Assembly (NCBI RefSeq): GCF_009914755.1
Contig: NC_060928.1
Direction: 5' to 3' (one strand)
Source: the human T2T-CHM13v2.0 reference genome, Homo sapiens
DNA length: 64,000 bases
The notes below the pieces were generated by a model that saw only the letters and a program-made list of their open reading frames with translations, did no database searches and was not told the origin of the DNA. Numbering within the stretch: position 1 is the first letter of the stretch; each line of letters opens with the position of its first letter. The translations under genes were made by a program, and so were the position numbers. This document shows, in pieces, positions 26,497 through 41,529 of the stretch.

Positions 26497-27277
26497 ATGA
26501 TGGTTAATATTAGGTGTTAAGTTGACTGGAATGAGGAATACCTAGATAGCTGGTATAGTATTGTTCCTGTGTGTGTCTGGAAGGGTGTTGCCAGGGGAGA
26601 TTAATGTTTTTGTCAGTGGACTGGGAGAGGAAGACCCACCCTCAATGTGGATGGGCACCATCCATTTGGCTGCCAGCATGGCTAGAACAAAGCAGGAGAA
26701 GACGGTGGGATAAGCTGGCTTACTGAGACTTCTCTCTTTCATTTTCCTCCCTTGCTAAATGCCTCCTTCTGTTTCTCCTGCCCTTGGACATCAGACTACA
26801 GGTTCTTCAGCCACTTGACTCTTGGCCTTACACCAGTGGTTTGCTGGTGGCTCTTGGGCCTTCTGCCACAGACCAAAGTCTGTGCTGTTGGCTTCCCTAC
26901 TTTGAAAGCTTTTGGAATCAGACTGAGCCACTGTTTTCAGGACATTTTTAAATCCTGCAAATAAATGGATGGATTCCAAGAAATACTCCACCCATCCAAG
27001 TTCATACTGCATTAAAAAAATAAAATGCTAACTACGTGCAATTCTTCTAATACAAAGCTCTATACATTTATACCTAACATATCCTTGTCCTGAAAGATCA
27101 TCCTCTCTTCCTATATTAAACTTGCCAAACAGAATTTGACTTTTTTCTTCCCCAGCTTGCAGGCAGCCTATCAGGGGACTTTGCCTTGTGATCCTGTGAG
27201 CCATTTCTCCCTAGTAAACTCCCTTTCATATATACATATATCCTATTAGTTCTTTCCCTCTGGAGAAACCTAATACA
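26497..27277 (+). mobile_element. MLT2A2-like ERVL LTR split by a 210-bp non-LTR insert (26931-27140)
   Basis: tgatggttaat; gtcagtggactgggagaggaagacccaccctcaatgtgg; cctctggagaaacctaataca. Confidence 0.9.
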
Positions 27278-27769
27278 GGATTATTGTATTAAATGGGGCT
27301 GACTGCCAACTGGAAATAATATCAGGGAGAATGCGCATACATGGACACATAAAATCTTATTATCTAAATTTCAGCTATATCACTAATTATTTGTAATACC
27401 CTAAAAAACTTTAGAAAACTTTTAAGAGAAAAAGATGAAAATGAATTCCTGCAGGTTTGGAATCAGGCATTAACCAGCTTGTGCCAATGTTCTAGGTGTT
27501 GGGGATGCAGGACCAAATACAACACTTCAGGTCTTTCAGGGAGCTTATATGTAAATTTGAGCTGCTTATATAGGAATGTGACTCTCAAGGTTGCAAATCT
27601 TCCACTTGAATATATATCTTCTCCTAGAAGAAGAGAGCTAATACCCTCACTCTGGGACTAAGAGTAGAAGCAGTGAACAAAAAACTTGTCATCAATGGAA
27701 AATAATTTCTCATGCACAGCATGGTTGATTTTATTAATCTGCTTTGGACAACCTCACCTTCTTTTTTTC

Positions 27770-28200
27770 TTCATTTATTTATTCAGTAAATGTTTATTGA
27801 GCAAATGCATTGTGGTAAGCACTACAGCAGGAGCTGGAAATGTATGCATTTTTTCTTAATCTAATATGAACAAAAATCTGCTCATGGACAATATAATGTA
27901 ATCAGATAATTGTTAATAGAACTTATCATAAGATGCTATTGAAATGCTAAAAAAGAAATATTTAAATGTCTGAATATTGAGGAGATGGGGTAGGTAGTGG
28001 TAGTAAGAGAAGACATCACAAAGGTTATAATAAACTATTTTGGAAGAAAATGTTAAATTCTATTTGCACATTTAATATCTAGAGAGACGATGATCTTTCA
28101 GGACAGGGGTATATTAGGTGTAAATAAATAGAGCTACATGCAGAAGAATTGCATGTAGTTAGCTTTTTTTTTTTAATGGAGTATGAACTTGGATGGTGGA
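27770..28200 (-). mobile_element. L2 3' fragment
   Basis: tcatttatttattcagtaaatgtttattgagca is the reverse L2 tail. Confidence 0.6.
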
Positions 28201-29195
28201 TTATTTCCTGAAACCCAGCCATTCATTTGCCAGGTTTTAAAAATGTCCTGAAAACAGCTAACCTAAAAATATTAGCAAAAGAAAAAGGAGGTGTCTTTCG
28301 TTTTTCATTCTTATTTAAAATTCAAATTGAAGGTTGATTTTCTAGGTTATATTTAGACATTTTAAGGTAATGGAGAGAGAGGGCTTATCATCTCAGCACA
28401 TTGGCATGCAACTTGGGTTTGTACTTTTTAAAGTAATTACAGGGAAATGTGTGTATTTATAGTTGACTTTGACTTTCTTACAATTATTTAATAAGGCAGG
28501 CTCGCTATATTACTCTCATGATCTAAGAGCCTGTAATCTCTCTGGAGTCTAATTATCTCCCGATAACCTTGCCCCTTGACGACATTTGTATTACTATTAT
28601 AAAACATGTTTATTTTGGGAAAGGACATATATTTTGTGGTGTAATAGCATTAAACTGTCAGACCTGAGTGTTAACAGCAATTTGCCCTAAGAGCTTTCAG
28701 AAAAGATTAGCTCAGGCATTATATGGGGCTTATCAGACAATCTAAGGGGCTCAAAAGACATTTTTATTACAACTATTTTTTTCTTGGAAAAGAAAGTCTT
28801 GCAGCTCTAGAACTTGGCTTTAATATCTTCAAAAGGGCTATTTACACTTTTACCTGTTAAAACTTTTACTGAAGATTGCAGGAAATTAGGAGGAAACGCA
28901 AAAGAAATGTAACTGGCATAAAAAAGGAATTGAGGTCATGTCAAGAATAATGATGCTGAAATTTAAGCATATGGTTCTAGAATCAGAAACCTTTTGTTTC
29001 AAGTCCAAGTTCTGTCCTTATTACCAGTGTTAGTTTATAAAAATTATTATTTAATTTATCTTAGCCTTCATTTTCTCATATGTAAAATGGGGATTACAAT
29101 GAGGGGATTGGTAAAAATATTCAACTTACATTATTATATGAGGAATTAAAGTAAGTATTAGTTAAAATATTTTAAGGGTGATAACAACCCATTAA

Positions 29196-29528
<333 letters not shown>

Positions 29529-29896
29529 AACTACTGCTAATCATCATTATCCATTCATTACCAACAAATAGGTATTGTTCTTCAGCTTTGTGCTACTCAC
29601 AGCTATAAAGTAGTTATGAAAGGGTAACCCAAAGTTGTTTCCTGCCATCACAAAGCTAAAATACATATGTTTGATTATTATTCTAAAACATTTCATCTTT
29701 GAATATTCAATAGAAATTGCCCTCCCTGTCTGTCATCTGGGTTGAAATAGGAAAAACAACCACTGAGCCCTGAGTTTGGGGATGCCCATCACAGTAGGTT
29801 ACAGCCAGAGTCCCTCAGACTGAGCCTGCTTTAAATGTGAAGAAGGAAGGTCAATGTACTGGGCACTGTACAAGTGATCTCATAATATGTCCTATG

Positions 29897-30163
29897 GGCC
29901 AGGCACAGTGTTCCAGCACTTTGGGAGGCCAAGGCAAGAGGATCACTTGAGCCCAGGAGTTCAAGACCAGCCTGGGCAACATGAGGAGACCCCATGTCTC
30001 CAAAAATAAAAAGCTAGCCTGGTGTGGTGGTGCGTGCCTGTAGTCCCAGCTACTTGGGAGGCTGAGGCAGGAGAATCCCTGGAGCTCAGGAAGCTGAGGC
30101 TGCAGTGAGCCTTGATCAAGCCATTGAGATTCAGCCTGAATAGAGTCACACACTGTCTCAAAA
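29897..30163 (+). mobile_element. AluJ
   Basis: ggatcacttgagcccaggagttcaagaccagcctgggcaaca; gaggctgcagtgagc. Confidence 0.93.
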
Positions 30164-31599
30164 GTATATTATTACTATGTTTGGAACACCTTTGAAGCAG
30201 ATATTCATTAAATTTTACTCGAGCACCTATTTGTGCCAGCCGCTCTGAAGATAAAGAAGTCAATATGAAACCACATTGTAGTTGAAGGAGATAGAAATAA
30301 ATAGTAACAAAAATAATAAGTAAAATATATATTTAGCAAGCAAGATAGTGGTGAGTCCAGTAGAGAAAAATAAAGTGAGAAAGATGGATAGAGGTTGCAA
30401 GGGCAGGTGCTGTCTTTGAAAGTGATCAAGAAAAGCTTCAATAAGCAGAGATGCTAATGATGCAGAGGCTTCAATAAACAGAGGAGAAGGGATGTCTTAA
30501 TTGAAGCAACTGATGCTAAGAAAGATTGTTTCATTTATTATATAATTGTGTATTTACTTTTGCCCTTTCTGTAATTCAAAATTGATTTTAGGTGGCTTAA
30601 AAAAAGTCACAGAAGATAAAAAGGGACCAAGAAATTCCAAGCAAAGGGCAACAATGTAGAGAAGTAAAATAAACAAAGATTCAGATTCATATACAAAATT
30701 TGCTTTCCAAATAAGAGAAGTAAACTCAAAATTTTATTTTTGAGCATTCTACTAGCCTTTGCAAAGAGAAACTAGCCAATGGCAATATTGAAAATAAATC
30801 CCTTACACAAAAATGCCACTGATAATTCAGGAGGGCCCGAGGTATTGCTGGTATTGACACCAGAGAGGAAAATGTAAACAAGGCACTTGCCAATATCACT
30901 ACAGTAGATACATCAGCGATGTCCTCACTTCATTTATTATAGCGTTCCTACAATGTAAACAAAAAGCCAAAGGCCAAAGTCCAATTCCATTAATAGTGTT
31001 CCCCCAAAGCAAAATCAACACAATCCAGTTACTTACTTCTCTGAGGACCTGGATGAAACTCAGCATAGATTTTAGGTTATCTCAAAAATTGTTAAAGAAA
31101 TTTTCTTCAAAAAATATCATTTTAGTCAACTAAGAGAAACTTTACGTTGTCCCAATTATGCTACTATTCTAAGAATGCAATGATATGACTTTATAAAATC
31201 TAGGAACTTAACAAAGAAGTTTTCTAAAGAATTGACTGCTGCATTAAAACCGTGAGGTGAATCAGCTTACAAAAGACTACTGTACATCTAGGGCATGGAA
31301 GAGTCAGGTTTCAAATCTTAGTAAATCTGACTTTTACATTCACTTCCCAATTGAAAATACGTCTCCATATGTATTTAAATTATGTTTAAATGATTATTAA
31401 TTTTATTATATAAGTGGTAGATACACAGGAATAAAACAACATTCAATATAATACAGTAAAGATAAGTGAAATAATGTGTAAATAATAAATTAATAAAAAT
31501 AAATAGAAATATATAAATTTTAAAAAATAATAATTCTACATCAAATTTGCATGTTACCAGTCATTAAGAGTTTTTGTTCCTTTTTGTTTTCTGAAGGTA

Positions 31600-31990
31600 A
31601 GTGAAATAATTGTAAACTCATTTAAAATACTTCAGGTATGAGACTGGCCAATAGAAGTATGAATGAAAAAAGTTGTGAGGGAGCTAATGCTAAATAAGAT
31701 AACTTACCCTAAAGCTATTTTAATCAATTGGTACAGAAAGGACAAATACATCAGTAGAAAAGAAGACAATATAAGGGCAGATTGAAATATATACGTGAAC
31801 GTCACAAAGACCAATTACTGCCATTTCAATTCAATGAGGAAATAATGATGTATTTAATAAATAGTGCTAGAATGCTGCATTATCTGTCTAGGATGAAAAA
31901 AAAAAAGGAAAAGTCCCTATTTCACACCATACGCAATACGTACAAATGAGTTAGCAACTTTTTAAGTGATATAAAGAAGTTTCAGAAATC
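31600..31990 (+). mobile_element. Old L1M ORF2 fragment
   Basis: ccatttcaattcaatgagg...tttaataaatagtgctag; tatttcacaccatacgca. Confidence 0.55.
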
Positions 31991-32081
31991 CTGCTGATTC
32001 TACTGGAATTCATTGTCCTGCTATATCTGACCGAATAAGGTGAGAAACTAGAAAGAGATCATGTCCTTTCAACAATGTCCC

Positions 32082-32447
32082 TGATATGGTTTGGCTCTGT
32101 GTCCCCCACCCAAATCTCATCTTGAATTGTAATAATCCCCACGTGTCAAAGCAGGACAAGTTGGAGATAATCAAATCATGGGAGCAGTTTCCCCCATACT
32201 GTTCTCATGATAAGTGAGTGAGTCCTTACAAGGGCTAATGGTTTTACAAGGGACTTCCCCCTTCTCTTGCTCTCAATTCTCTCACCTGCCATCATGTAAG
32301 ACACACCTATTTTGCCTTCCACCATAATTGTAAATTTTCTGAGGCCTCCCTAGCCATGTGAAACTGTGAGTCAATTAAACCTCTTTTCTTTATAAATTAC
32401 TTAGTCTCAGGAATTTCTTCATAGCAGCATGAAAATGGACTAATACA
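32082..32447 (+). mobile_element. THE1C/D 5' LTR
   Basis: tgatatggtttggctctgtgtcccc...aaatggactaataca. Confidence 0.95.
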
Positions 32448-33772
32448 GGAAATCAGTACTGCAGAGAGTGGGGCGCTGCTGTAAAGATAGCCAAAAATAT
32501 GAAAGTGACTTTGGAAATGGGTAACAAGCAGAGCTTGTAACAGTTTGGAGGGCTCAGAAGAAGATGGGCAAATGTAGGAAAGTTTGAAACTTCCTAGAGA
32601 CTTAGAGGGCTCAGAAGACAGGAAGATATGGAAAAGTTTGGAACTTCCTAGAGACCTGTTGAATGGTTTTGACTGAAATGCTGATAGTGATATGGACAAT
32701 GAATTCCATGCTGAGGTTTTCTCAGATGGCAGTAAGGAACTTGTTGGGGCCTGGAATAAAGGTCACTCTTGCTATGCAAAGAGACTGGCACCGTTTTGTC
32801 CCTGCCCTAGAGATTTGTGGAATTTTGAATCTGAGAGAGATGATTTAGGGTATCTGGAGGAAGAAATTTCTAAGTGGCAAAGTGTTCAAGAGGAAGCAGA
32901 GCATAAAAATTTGGAAAATTTGCAGCCTGACAATGAGATAGAAAATAAAAACTCATTTTCTGGGGAGAAATTCAAGCCAGCTGCAGAAATTTGCATAAGT
33001 AATGAGGAGCCAAATGTTAATCACCGAAACAATGGGGAAAATGTCTCCAGGGCATGTCAGAGACCTTCATGGAAGCCCCATTCATCACAGATCTGGAGGC
33101 CTAGAAGGGAAAAATGGTTTTGTCTGCCAGGCCCAGGGCCCCCCTACTCTGTGCAGCCTTGGGACATGGTACCCTGCATTCAGCCATGGGTAAAAGGGGT
33201 CAAGGTACAGTTCAGTCTGTTGCTTCAGAGGGTGCAAGTCCCAAGCCTTGGCAGTTTCCACGTGGTGTTGGGCCTACAGGTATATAGAAGACAAGAATTG
33301 AGGTTTGGGAATCTCTGCCTAGAATTTAGAGGCTGTAAGGAAACATCCTTTAGGCAGAAGTCTACTGCAGGGATAGAGTCCTGATGAAGAACCTCTGCTA
33401 GTGCAGTGTGGAAGGGAAATGTGGGGTCAGAGCCCCCATACAGAGTCCCCTCTGGGGCACTGCCTAGTGGAGCTGTGAGAAGAGGACCACCATCCTCCAG
33501 ACCCCAAAATGGTAAATCCACTGACAGCTTGCACCATGTGCCGAAAAGCCACAGACACTCAACACCAGCCCATGAAAGCAGCTGGGAGGGAGGCTGTGTC
33601 CTGAAAAGCCACAGGGGTATAGCTGCCCAAAGCTGTGGGAGCCCACCTTTTGCATCAGTGTGACCTGGCTGTGAGACAGGGAGTCAAAGGAGATCATTTC
33701 AGACCTTTAAGATTGTGGACTTTAAGATTTTAGAGCTTTAAGATTTTTGACCCACTGGATTTTGGACTTGCG
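32448..33772 (+). mobile_element. THE1 internal region, 3'-truncated (no second LTR)
   Basis: MaLR-int motifs; the 230-aa ORF 32692-33384 (CPCPRDLWNFESERDDLGYLEEEISK) is the decayed MaLR gag-like ORF. Confidence 0.93.
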
Positions 33773-35271
33773 TGTCTCTGGTTGTGGGCTTTCTTCGGTG
33801 CATAGTTATTTTTTCTATTACATCTCATTAAGTGGAGGTTTCTCTCACAGGAATCGCATTTTTTCCCGGTTTCTGGAGACATTCTTAAGAAGTGCTTATA
33901 CATTTGTCTGTGAAAAGTCTCTACAGTAATTTCTATTTTTAGGCCAGTTTTAGATGAGTTTTCAGGCTTGAGGTTTTCACACTGCATGAATGATTTGGAG
34001 TTCCACATACATGAGGTTTTGCTGGATGCTGTGATTTCTCCTGGGAATGAGGGGTATGGCTTACTACCAGGCCAGAACCCAAGGCTGGTAAGTGGAGATT
34101 TTTGGATTCTAATGAGAAAGGAGATCACATTCTCCTAGATTTTAGGTGTATGTAAAGATTTCATGTGAAACTCCCTACATACCTGAGGCTGGGTCCTCAA
34201 CACTCTGGCTTTCTTCAAATGAAAATTTAGTAAGGAATATCCAAAGTTGACAGTTAACCAGTACACAGTATTTGTTATAATATTCCTATACCTTTAGCCA
34301 TCCCAGTCATCTCAGCCCTTCACTGGGAAATAGATTCTCAGACTCTTCTAGAAAATATACTGACTTTCCAAGACTTAGCTTCCATAGTAAGACTGGCACC
34401 CAGTTTGGTGCTATACCAGTTGTTAAATATTAGCAATCTTACTTCTGATCCTAATCAACCACAACTCTCCATGAATATTATGATTTATATTCCTCTTCCA
34501 TTTTGACTATCATTTCTTTTTGTTTCTAGCCTCTAATCTCCTTTCTGTCTTCAAAATTCCATGACTGTCTTTAGATCCTTTATAATAGACATACTGTGTT
34601 CACTTGAGATGTGGCATCCATACTCAGCATTGCAAATCAAGCTTAAAAACTCTAGTCGAAATACACGTTTTCTTTTATTTGTGGCCAGATATAAATAACA
34701 TCACACTTTGATAAAGCAATCTGAATATTTTAAAATCTCATTTTCCAAAAACAAGAAAATTATGTTAGTTTAGCAACTTATAGTATCACATCTTAAATGG
34801 TTGGTGGTGATTTTGAAGTTTTATCAAAACCAAATTCAAATAATATTTGTGGAAAGCCTACTCAATTCACTTTATCACTCATAATAAAAATGCATGACCT
34901 TCTTGCTATGTATTCTCATTCTATTTTAATAATTATAGGAAAGATTAATCATATAGTTATTTCTATGCTTTATTTATATATTTTCTAAAAGTACCTTAAT
35001 TATATCATGATGTAGGCAATAATGATGTGTAGTTTACTATCACTAAGTCCCCTGGATTCTCTTGCTGTTAAAGCTTAGTTTACTATTTTGGAGATTCCTG
35101 AGTTCTCTCACTTTCTGTAGGTAAGGTGAAAAAAAAATGGGGGCAACTTTTGATTTCCTGTGACTTTCCTTATAACTCCTGACCCTCCATTATGTTGTTG
35201 AAATAATATAAAATCTTAACTTTTCACTTTGGATACATTTGCGGGAAAAGCTTTTGCTTAGATAGGACTGG

Positions 35272-35684
35272 AATTTAGATATAGGCTGAGGGCAATGAGA
35301 AGCCACTGAAGGGTTTTAAGTGGAGAAGTGATTTGATTTATAGTTTTAAATATTACTCTGTTAGTAGAATAAATTAAATATTACAGAGGGAAAATATTCA
35401 GCAAAGGAAACTACTTTGGCTGTAGGAATCTTATCATGAGATGATGGTGACTCCTCTAAAATGGGGTAATGGGAATGGATTCTAAGGATTTAAGAGTACA
35501 GTTGACAGTACCTAGTGATTGGATATTGGTAGCTAAGGACAGGCAGGGGTCAAGGACAGTTTCTGGACTGGCCCCCAAGATAGACAGTAACACCAGTTAC
35601 TAAGTGGGTTGAGACCAGAAGAGATGACACCAGTCATTACGATTGGTCGTATTGCTGGGAGCAGGTTTTGCAGAAGGAATGATG
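35272..35684 (-). repeat. L2-derived segment; inverted duplicate of 37412-37790 plus 38100-38142
   Basis: Direct reverse-complement alignment with perfect 32-bp and 27-bp blocks. Confidence 0.92.
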
Positions 35685-36059
35685 CACAAGTTATTAGCAC
35701 TTGTGCTAACACCTTATCACAAGTTAACATTTATTTTGATCAGAAATAAATATTTTTAAAGTTATTTTCTTGCAATTGTGTGTATGTCTGTGTGTTTTAA
35801 TTTTAATATGTGATTACAAGACTTTGTAAGTCCTGTAATCCTATATTTTGGCAATAACAATTGCTTTAACCCTCATCTACATAATGGAAACAAATTACAA
35901 AGTTGAATGACTTAAAAAATAATTTGGAAACATACACCTTTCAAAACTGCGTAATAACAAGAATAATCTCAAACCAGAGTTAGCTGCCCTCACATGAGTC
36001 TGATATTACTGGATACCTTTTGGAAAGTTATAGTCACAATTAAGAAAAATCAGGTTTTT

Positions 36060-36295
36060 TTGAACACTAATACCCTGGTACTACTCTAGATATTTCATAT
36101 GCATTTCATCATTAATCCTCAGAAAAACATAAGTTAGAAAAGGTTATGCCAATTTTACAAATAAGAAAACTGAGATTCCAAGAGTTTAAATAACTGACTC
36201 AAGGCCATATGACTTGTATTTAGCTACACTAGGATTTGAACTGAGGTTATGAGGACTTCAAAACCAAAACATGTCCTCTTTCAATTACATTCAAC
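36060..36295 (-). mobile_element. MIR
   Basis: attttacaaataagaaaactgaga...taactgactcaaggcca...ggatttgaac. Confidence 0.8.
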
Positions 36296-37139
36296 TGCCT
36301 ATAAATTAGGTATCAAATCTACTTATCTCTGAGCACATTTCACTTTTATGAGAAATTCTGTCCTATCCACTCCTTTTTCTGGGAGGAATAGTCTCATTTC
36401 CTCACTACCTACTTGATAGTCTATTGAGAACAGGAAATCAATCCTTTTGACTTTGGACCTAGTAACCACATATTATTCCCATGATCCACTAATTTAAATA
36501 GGGTGTGTATTAGGTTTTCAAAATTTCCACATAAATCATTCTATCCTGGCACATACCTCCTGCCTTCACTGATTGGACAGGCTCTTTCTTGCAAGATTCT
36601 TATTACAACTTTTTCCCTGCGGTCCATGGTTTCCGATGCATTTGACGTGTTTTCTTTAATGTGATCAGAACTTCTTGGAATCTACACTGGCTTATTATGA
36701 CTGACACTATTTCTTTCACGGACTGCTTTTCTTCTGCACAATTGCAACTTGCCATCTATTTTAGGGCTTTTAACCAAAAGCCAGGGTTACTCACGTTTAG
36801 ATCATTCAGATTAGTGTAAACTATCACAATGAGGAATAACATGCTCACATACTCTCTCCAGCAGACAACACTAGCTCTATCTAAATTCACCAGTCCTGAT
36901 CACTTATATGTTTAGCTGTTTCAGAAAAATAACAGACTGAAAACTTATCTCTATTTTGGGGCACTATAGGTATCTTTGTCCATCAGTTTACATGTACTGA
37001 GAACCTAAGGTGTGTTGGGTACTATGATATATACTAGGCATACAAAAGCATGCTTCCTGTCCTCAAAAGATGGAATTCTAGTCAAGAAAATGAATAAATG
37101 TATACAGAATTCTAATGAATGTTAAATGTCAAAAATAGT

Positions 37140-38630
<1,491 letters not shown>

Positions 38631-38631
38631 A

Positions 38632-38688
38632 ATGGACTGATGGACTGATGGATGGATGGATGGATGGATGGATGGACGGATGGATGAT
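38632..38688. repeat. (TGGA)n microsatellite
   Basis: tggactgatggactgatggatggatggatgg... Confidence 0.9.
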
Positions 38689-39134
38689 GAATCTTCTATC
38701 TGAGCAGTAAAGTTGATAAAAGTGAGCAGGAATCAGAGGAATGAAGAATGAAGTTGTCCTCAGGAAATAAAAGGGGAACCAAGGCTTGCCAGCAAGAAAA
38801 TAAGAGGAGACCTGGCAGTGAATGAATGATACATTTGATTAAGAATAAAAATTTCAGTGTTACTGGGGGATTTTCTTCACTCATTTAAGTGAAATAAATA
38901 ACTAGGAGTTAGAATGTGACCAGACAATAGATGGTCTTAAATATACCAATAAGATTAGGCCTTGTGTTCAAAATATATTTAGCATAGACAGTATTTTGAG
39001 GCATCATAATTATTTAATAGTAATAACAAAGTTTATGGAGCATTTACTGTATGTCAGGCCCTCTTCTAACTACTTTAGATGTTAATCCAGTTTAACCTCC
39101 CCAGCATCCAAGTAGCAACATACCACAGGCCAGC

Positions 39135-40136
39135 CAGTGATGTCTGTCTGCCCTTTTACGTAGGCAATAAGAAGTTGCATTTTTCTGTCAAAAATTTAAA
39201 AACAATTGTAAAACTATTGTTATCCCCATGTAACCAATATTGGTAACTCTTTAAAATGTCAATGATAAAATAGTAGTTCCTGAAACAAATAATTTGTTGG
39301 CTTAAATCCTATAATTGCTGATACTGTGAGTTTTGAGTGGCTTTTATTCTGTCATTGTGTATGGTCAGTTGAAGTTTTTATTAGTTTAAAATTTCAAACA
39401 ATGAAATAGTGAGAAATGCATGATGGGCTATTGTGCCTGGTACAGAAAATAGTTTACTGCATTTTAATAATATCCTTAGAATTAAAATGCCTTATTCTAT
39501 TTAATTGTTACTTAATTCTTCATTTTTGTGACCGACTAATACATAGGTATATATACTCTCCCTTTTATCAAAAAATCAATGTAATTTAAAAATATTAATT
39601 TATTACTCTATTATAATTATGTTTAATTTGCTGGCATAATTATATATATACAAAATTCAATAAAATAAAATGATCACTGTGTTTTTTTTCTGGGTATTAT
39701 TACTATTCACCTTATTTTATGGTTATTAATGAAACTACTTTTGTAATATTTAATAATATTGTTACAAAATGCTTCACTCTGGGTGCCAGATAATGACAGT
39801 AGTGTGATTGATATTGTTTGGCAGTGTCCCCACCCAAATCTCACCCTGAATTGTAGTAATCCCCGTGTGTCAAGGGTGGGACCAGGTGGAGTTAATAGAA
39901 TCATGGGGGTGGTTTCCCCCATACTGTTCTCTTGGTAGTGAATAAGTCTCACCAGATTTCATGATTTTATAAATGGGAGCTCCCCTGCACAAGTTTTTTT
40001 GCCTGCCACCATGGAAGATGTGACTTTGCTCCTCATTTGCCTTCTGCCATGATTCTGAGGCCTCCCCAGGCATGTGGAACTGTGAGTCAATTAGATATTT
40101 TCCTTTATAAATTAGAACAGATTAATACAGTCACTG
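39135..40136 (+). mobile_element. MER97-like hAT-Tip100 DNA transposon, interrupted by THE1
   Basis: cagtg...cactg ends; aggcaataag...tgcatt...aatttaaaaacaat; ttacaaaatg...ctctgggtg. Confidence 0.65.
39809..40129 (+). mobile_element. THE1B/C solo LTR with a short 3' deletion
   Basis: tgatattgtttggcagtgtccccacccaaatctca...taataca. Confidence 0.93.
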
Positions 40137-41529
40137 ACAATACTTATAAAATAGGTACAGATATTATCTCTAATTTTATAGGTAAGAAAACCTGATTGTA
40201 ATCTGGCAAGTAGTGGCAGATTTGTATGCAAAGTAGATGATTGTGGTTGAGGGCATAAGGCAGACAGGAAGCAGGGAGAGAGTTAGAAGACAGTTTTGAA
40301 AGCCTGCGCTGGTGGCCATATGTAGAAGGGATGTTTGCTTTGAAGGGACTCTGCAGCTTCTGCATGAAGAAATGACCTGCAGGTTGTTCTATGTACCAGT
40401 TCTTGCTGATGTTTACATACAGGTGTGAAAAGGTCTCGAGTTTGCTGTTCCCTGTAGAATATGGTTGATGAAAGATCTAATCTCCGGGGAAAAATGCTTG
40501 CAGTGATTATGAGGCCAAAGTTATAAAACTGAAATATTGTAATTTCATAGTCACAACACTGGTTTTCTAACTGCAAACTCATTCCTTATTTGATATAAAT
40601 TTAATGAGACAACTTTCAGAGCATAATATGATATGCAGGAAAATATTAGTAGTCACTGTGCTGACCTATGCTGTACCATTAAGGGAAAAGGCTCCATTTT
40701 AAATCAACGATAACATATTTTGCCACCTTCTGCAGGATAGTTACTGGCGAAACATGAAATGACCAGTTAAGGTGTTTTCCATTCTAACATAGTATCACCC
40801 TGCATCATGAGGCCTTTGTAACCTCCATTCATCACTATTATTATCCAAACAGCAGGTTTTTGTAGGGTGATTCAACAGCACCCCAGCACCTCTCCCTGAA
40901 GCTGGATAGGGGTAAGGTGAGCAAAAGATGGGGCTTAACTGTTTAAGGGGCTTAACTCAGCCAATGTGAAAACTCTGCCTTATTTCTGATTCCATCATGT
41001 TCGTTTCCCTTATCCCTAAAGCAACACATTATGCAGCTTTTTCCTTGCATTCTCCATTGTTATACATATAAGGGGCAAAGCCAGATGAGTTATTTTATAT
41101 CTCACTCACAAAGTATGTGTTTCTCTTGAACCTTTAAATAAATAAAGGATTGGCTGACAGGTTCAGGGAGGAAATTAATCTTCCATTGACAGAAAAGATA
41201 TCGTCCAGACTACAGAAGCCCAAGAATGGCTGAACATTTACCCAAAACCATTGCTCGTTGGCATGCCTTAGGCCTTTCAGTCCATTCAACATTAGAATTT
41301 CCTGCTGAAAATAGAGAACCAAATACAAATCAGGGCCTATTGCGAAGCTGAATCTTGTGTAAGGTAGGACCTCACCAAGTTCCTGAGACCATCAAATTAT
41401 TTATTTTTAATTTTTATAAACCACTTTATTCAGGTAAAACTGACATACAAAAAGCTTTGTGTATTTAATGTATACAACTTGATAAGTATAGAGATAAATA
41501 TTTGCCCATGCAACTATCACTGCAATTTA

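Noticed and set aside
32545-32660. About 55-bp tandem repeat in THE1-int
   Set aside because: As I recall this is a common THE1 internal variant, inherited with the element rather than made at this locus.
32692-33384. Longest ORF (230 aa) as a novel gene
   Set aside because: It lies wholly in THE1-int; it is a decayed MaLR ORF that shifts out of frame, and homologous pieces occur in the MSTA internal region.
40283-40582. 99-aa ORF in unique DNA as a coding exon
   Set aside because: No recognisable homology or convincing splice signals, and the length is compatible with chance.
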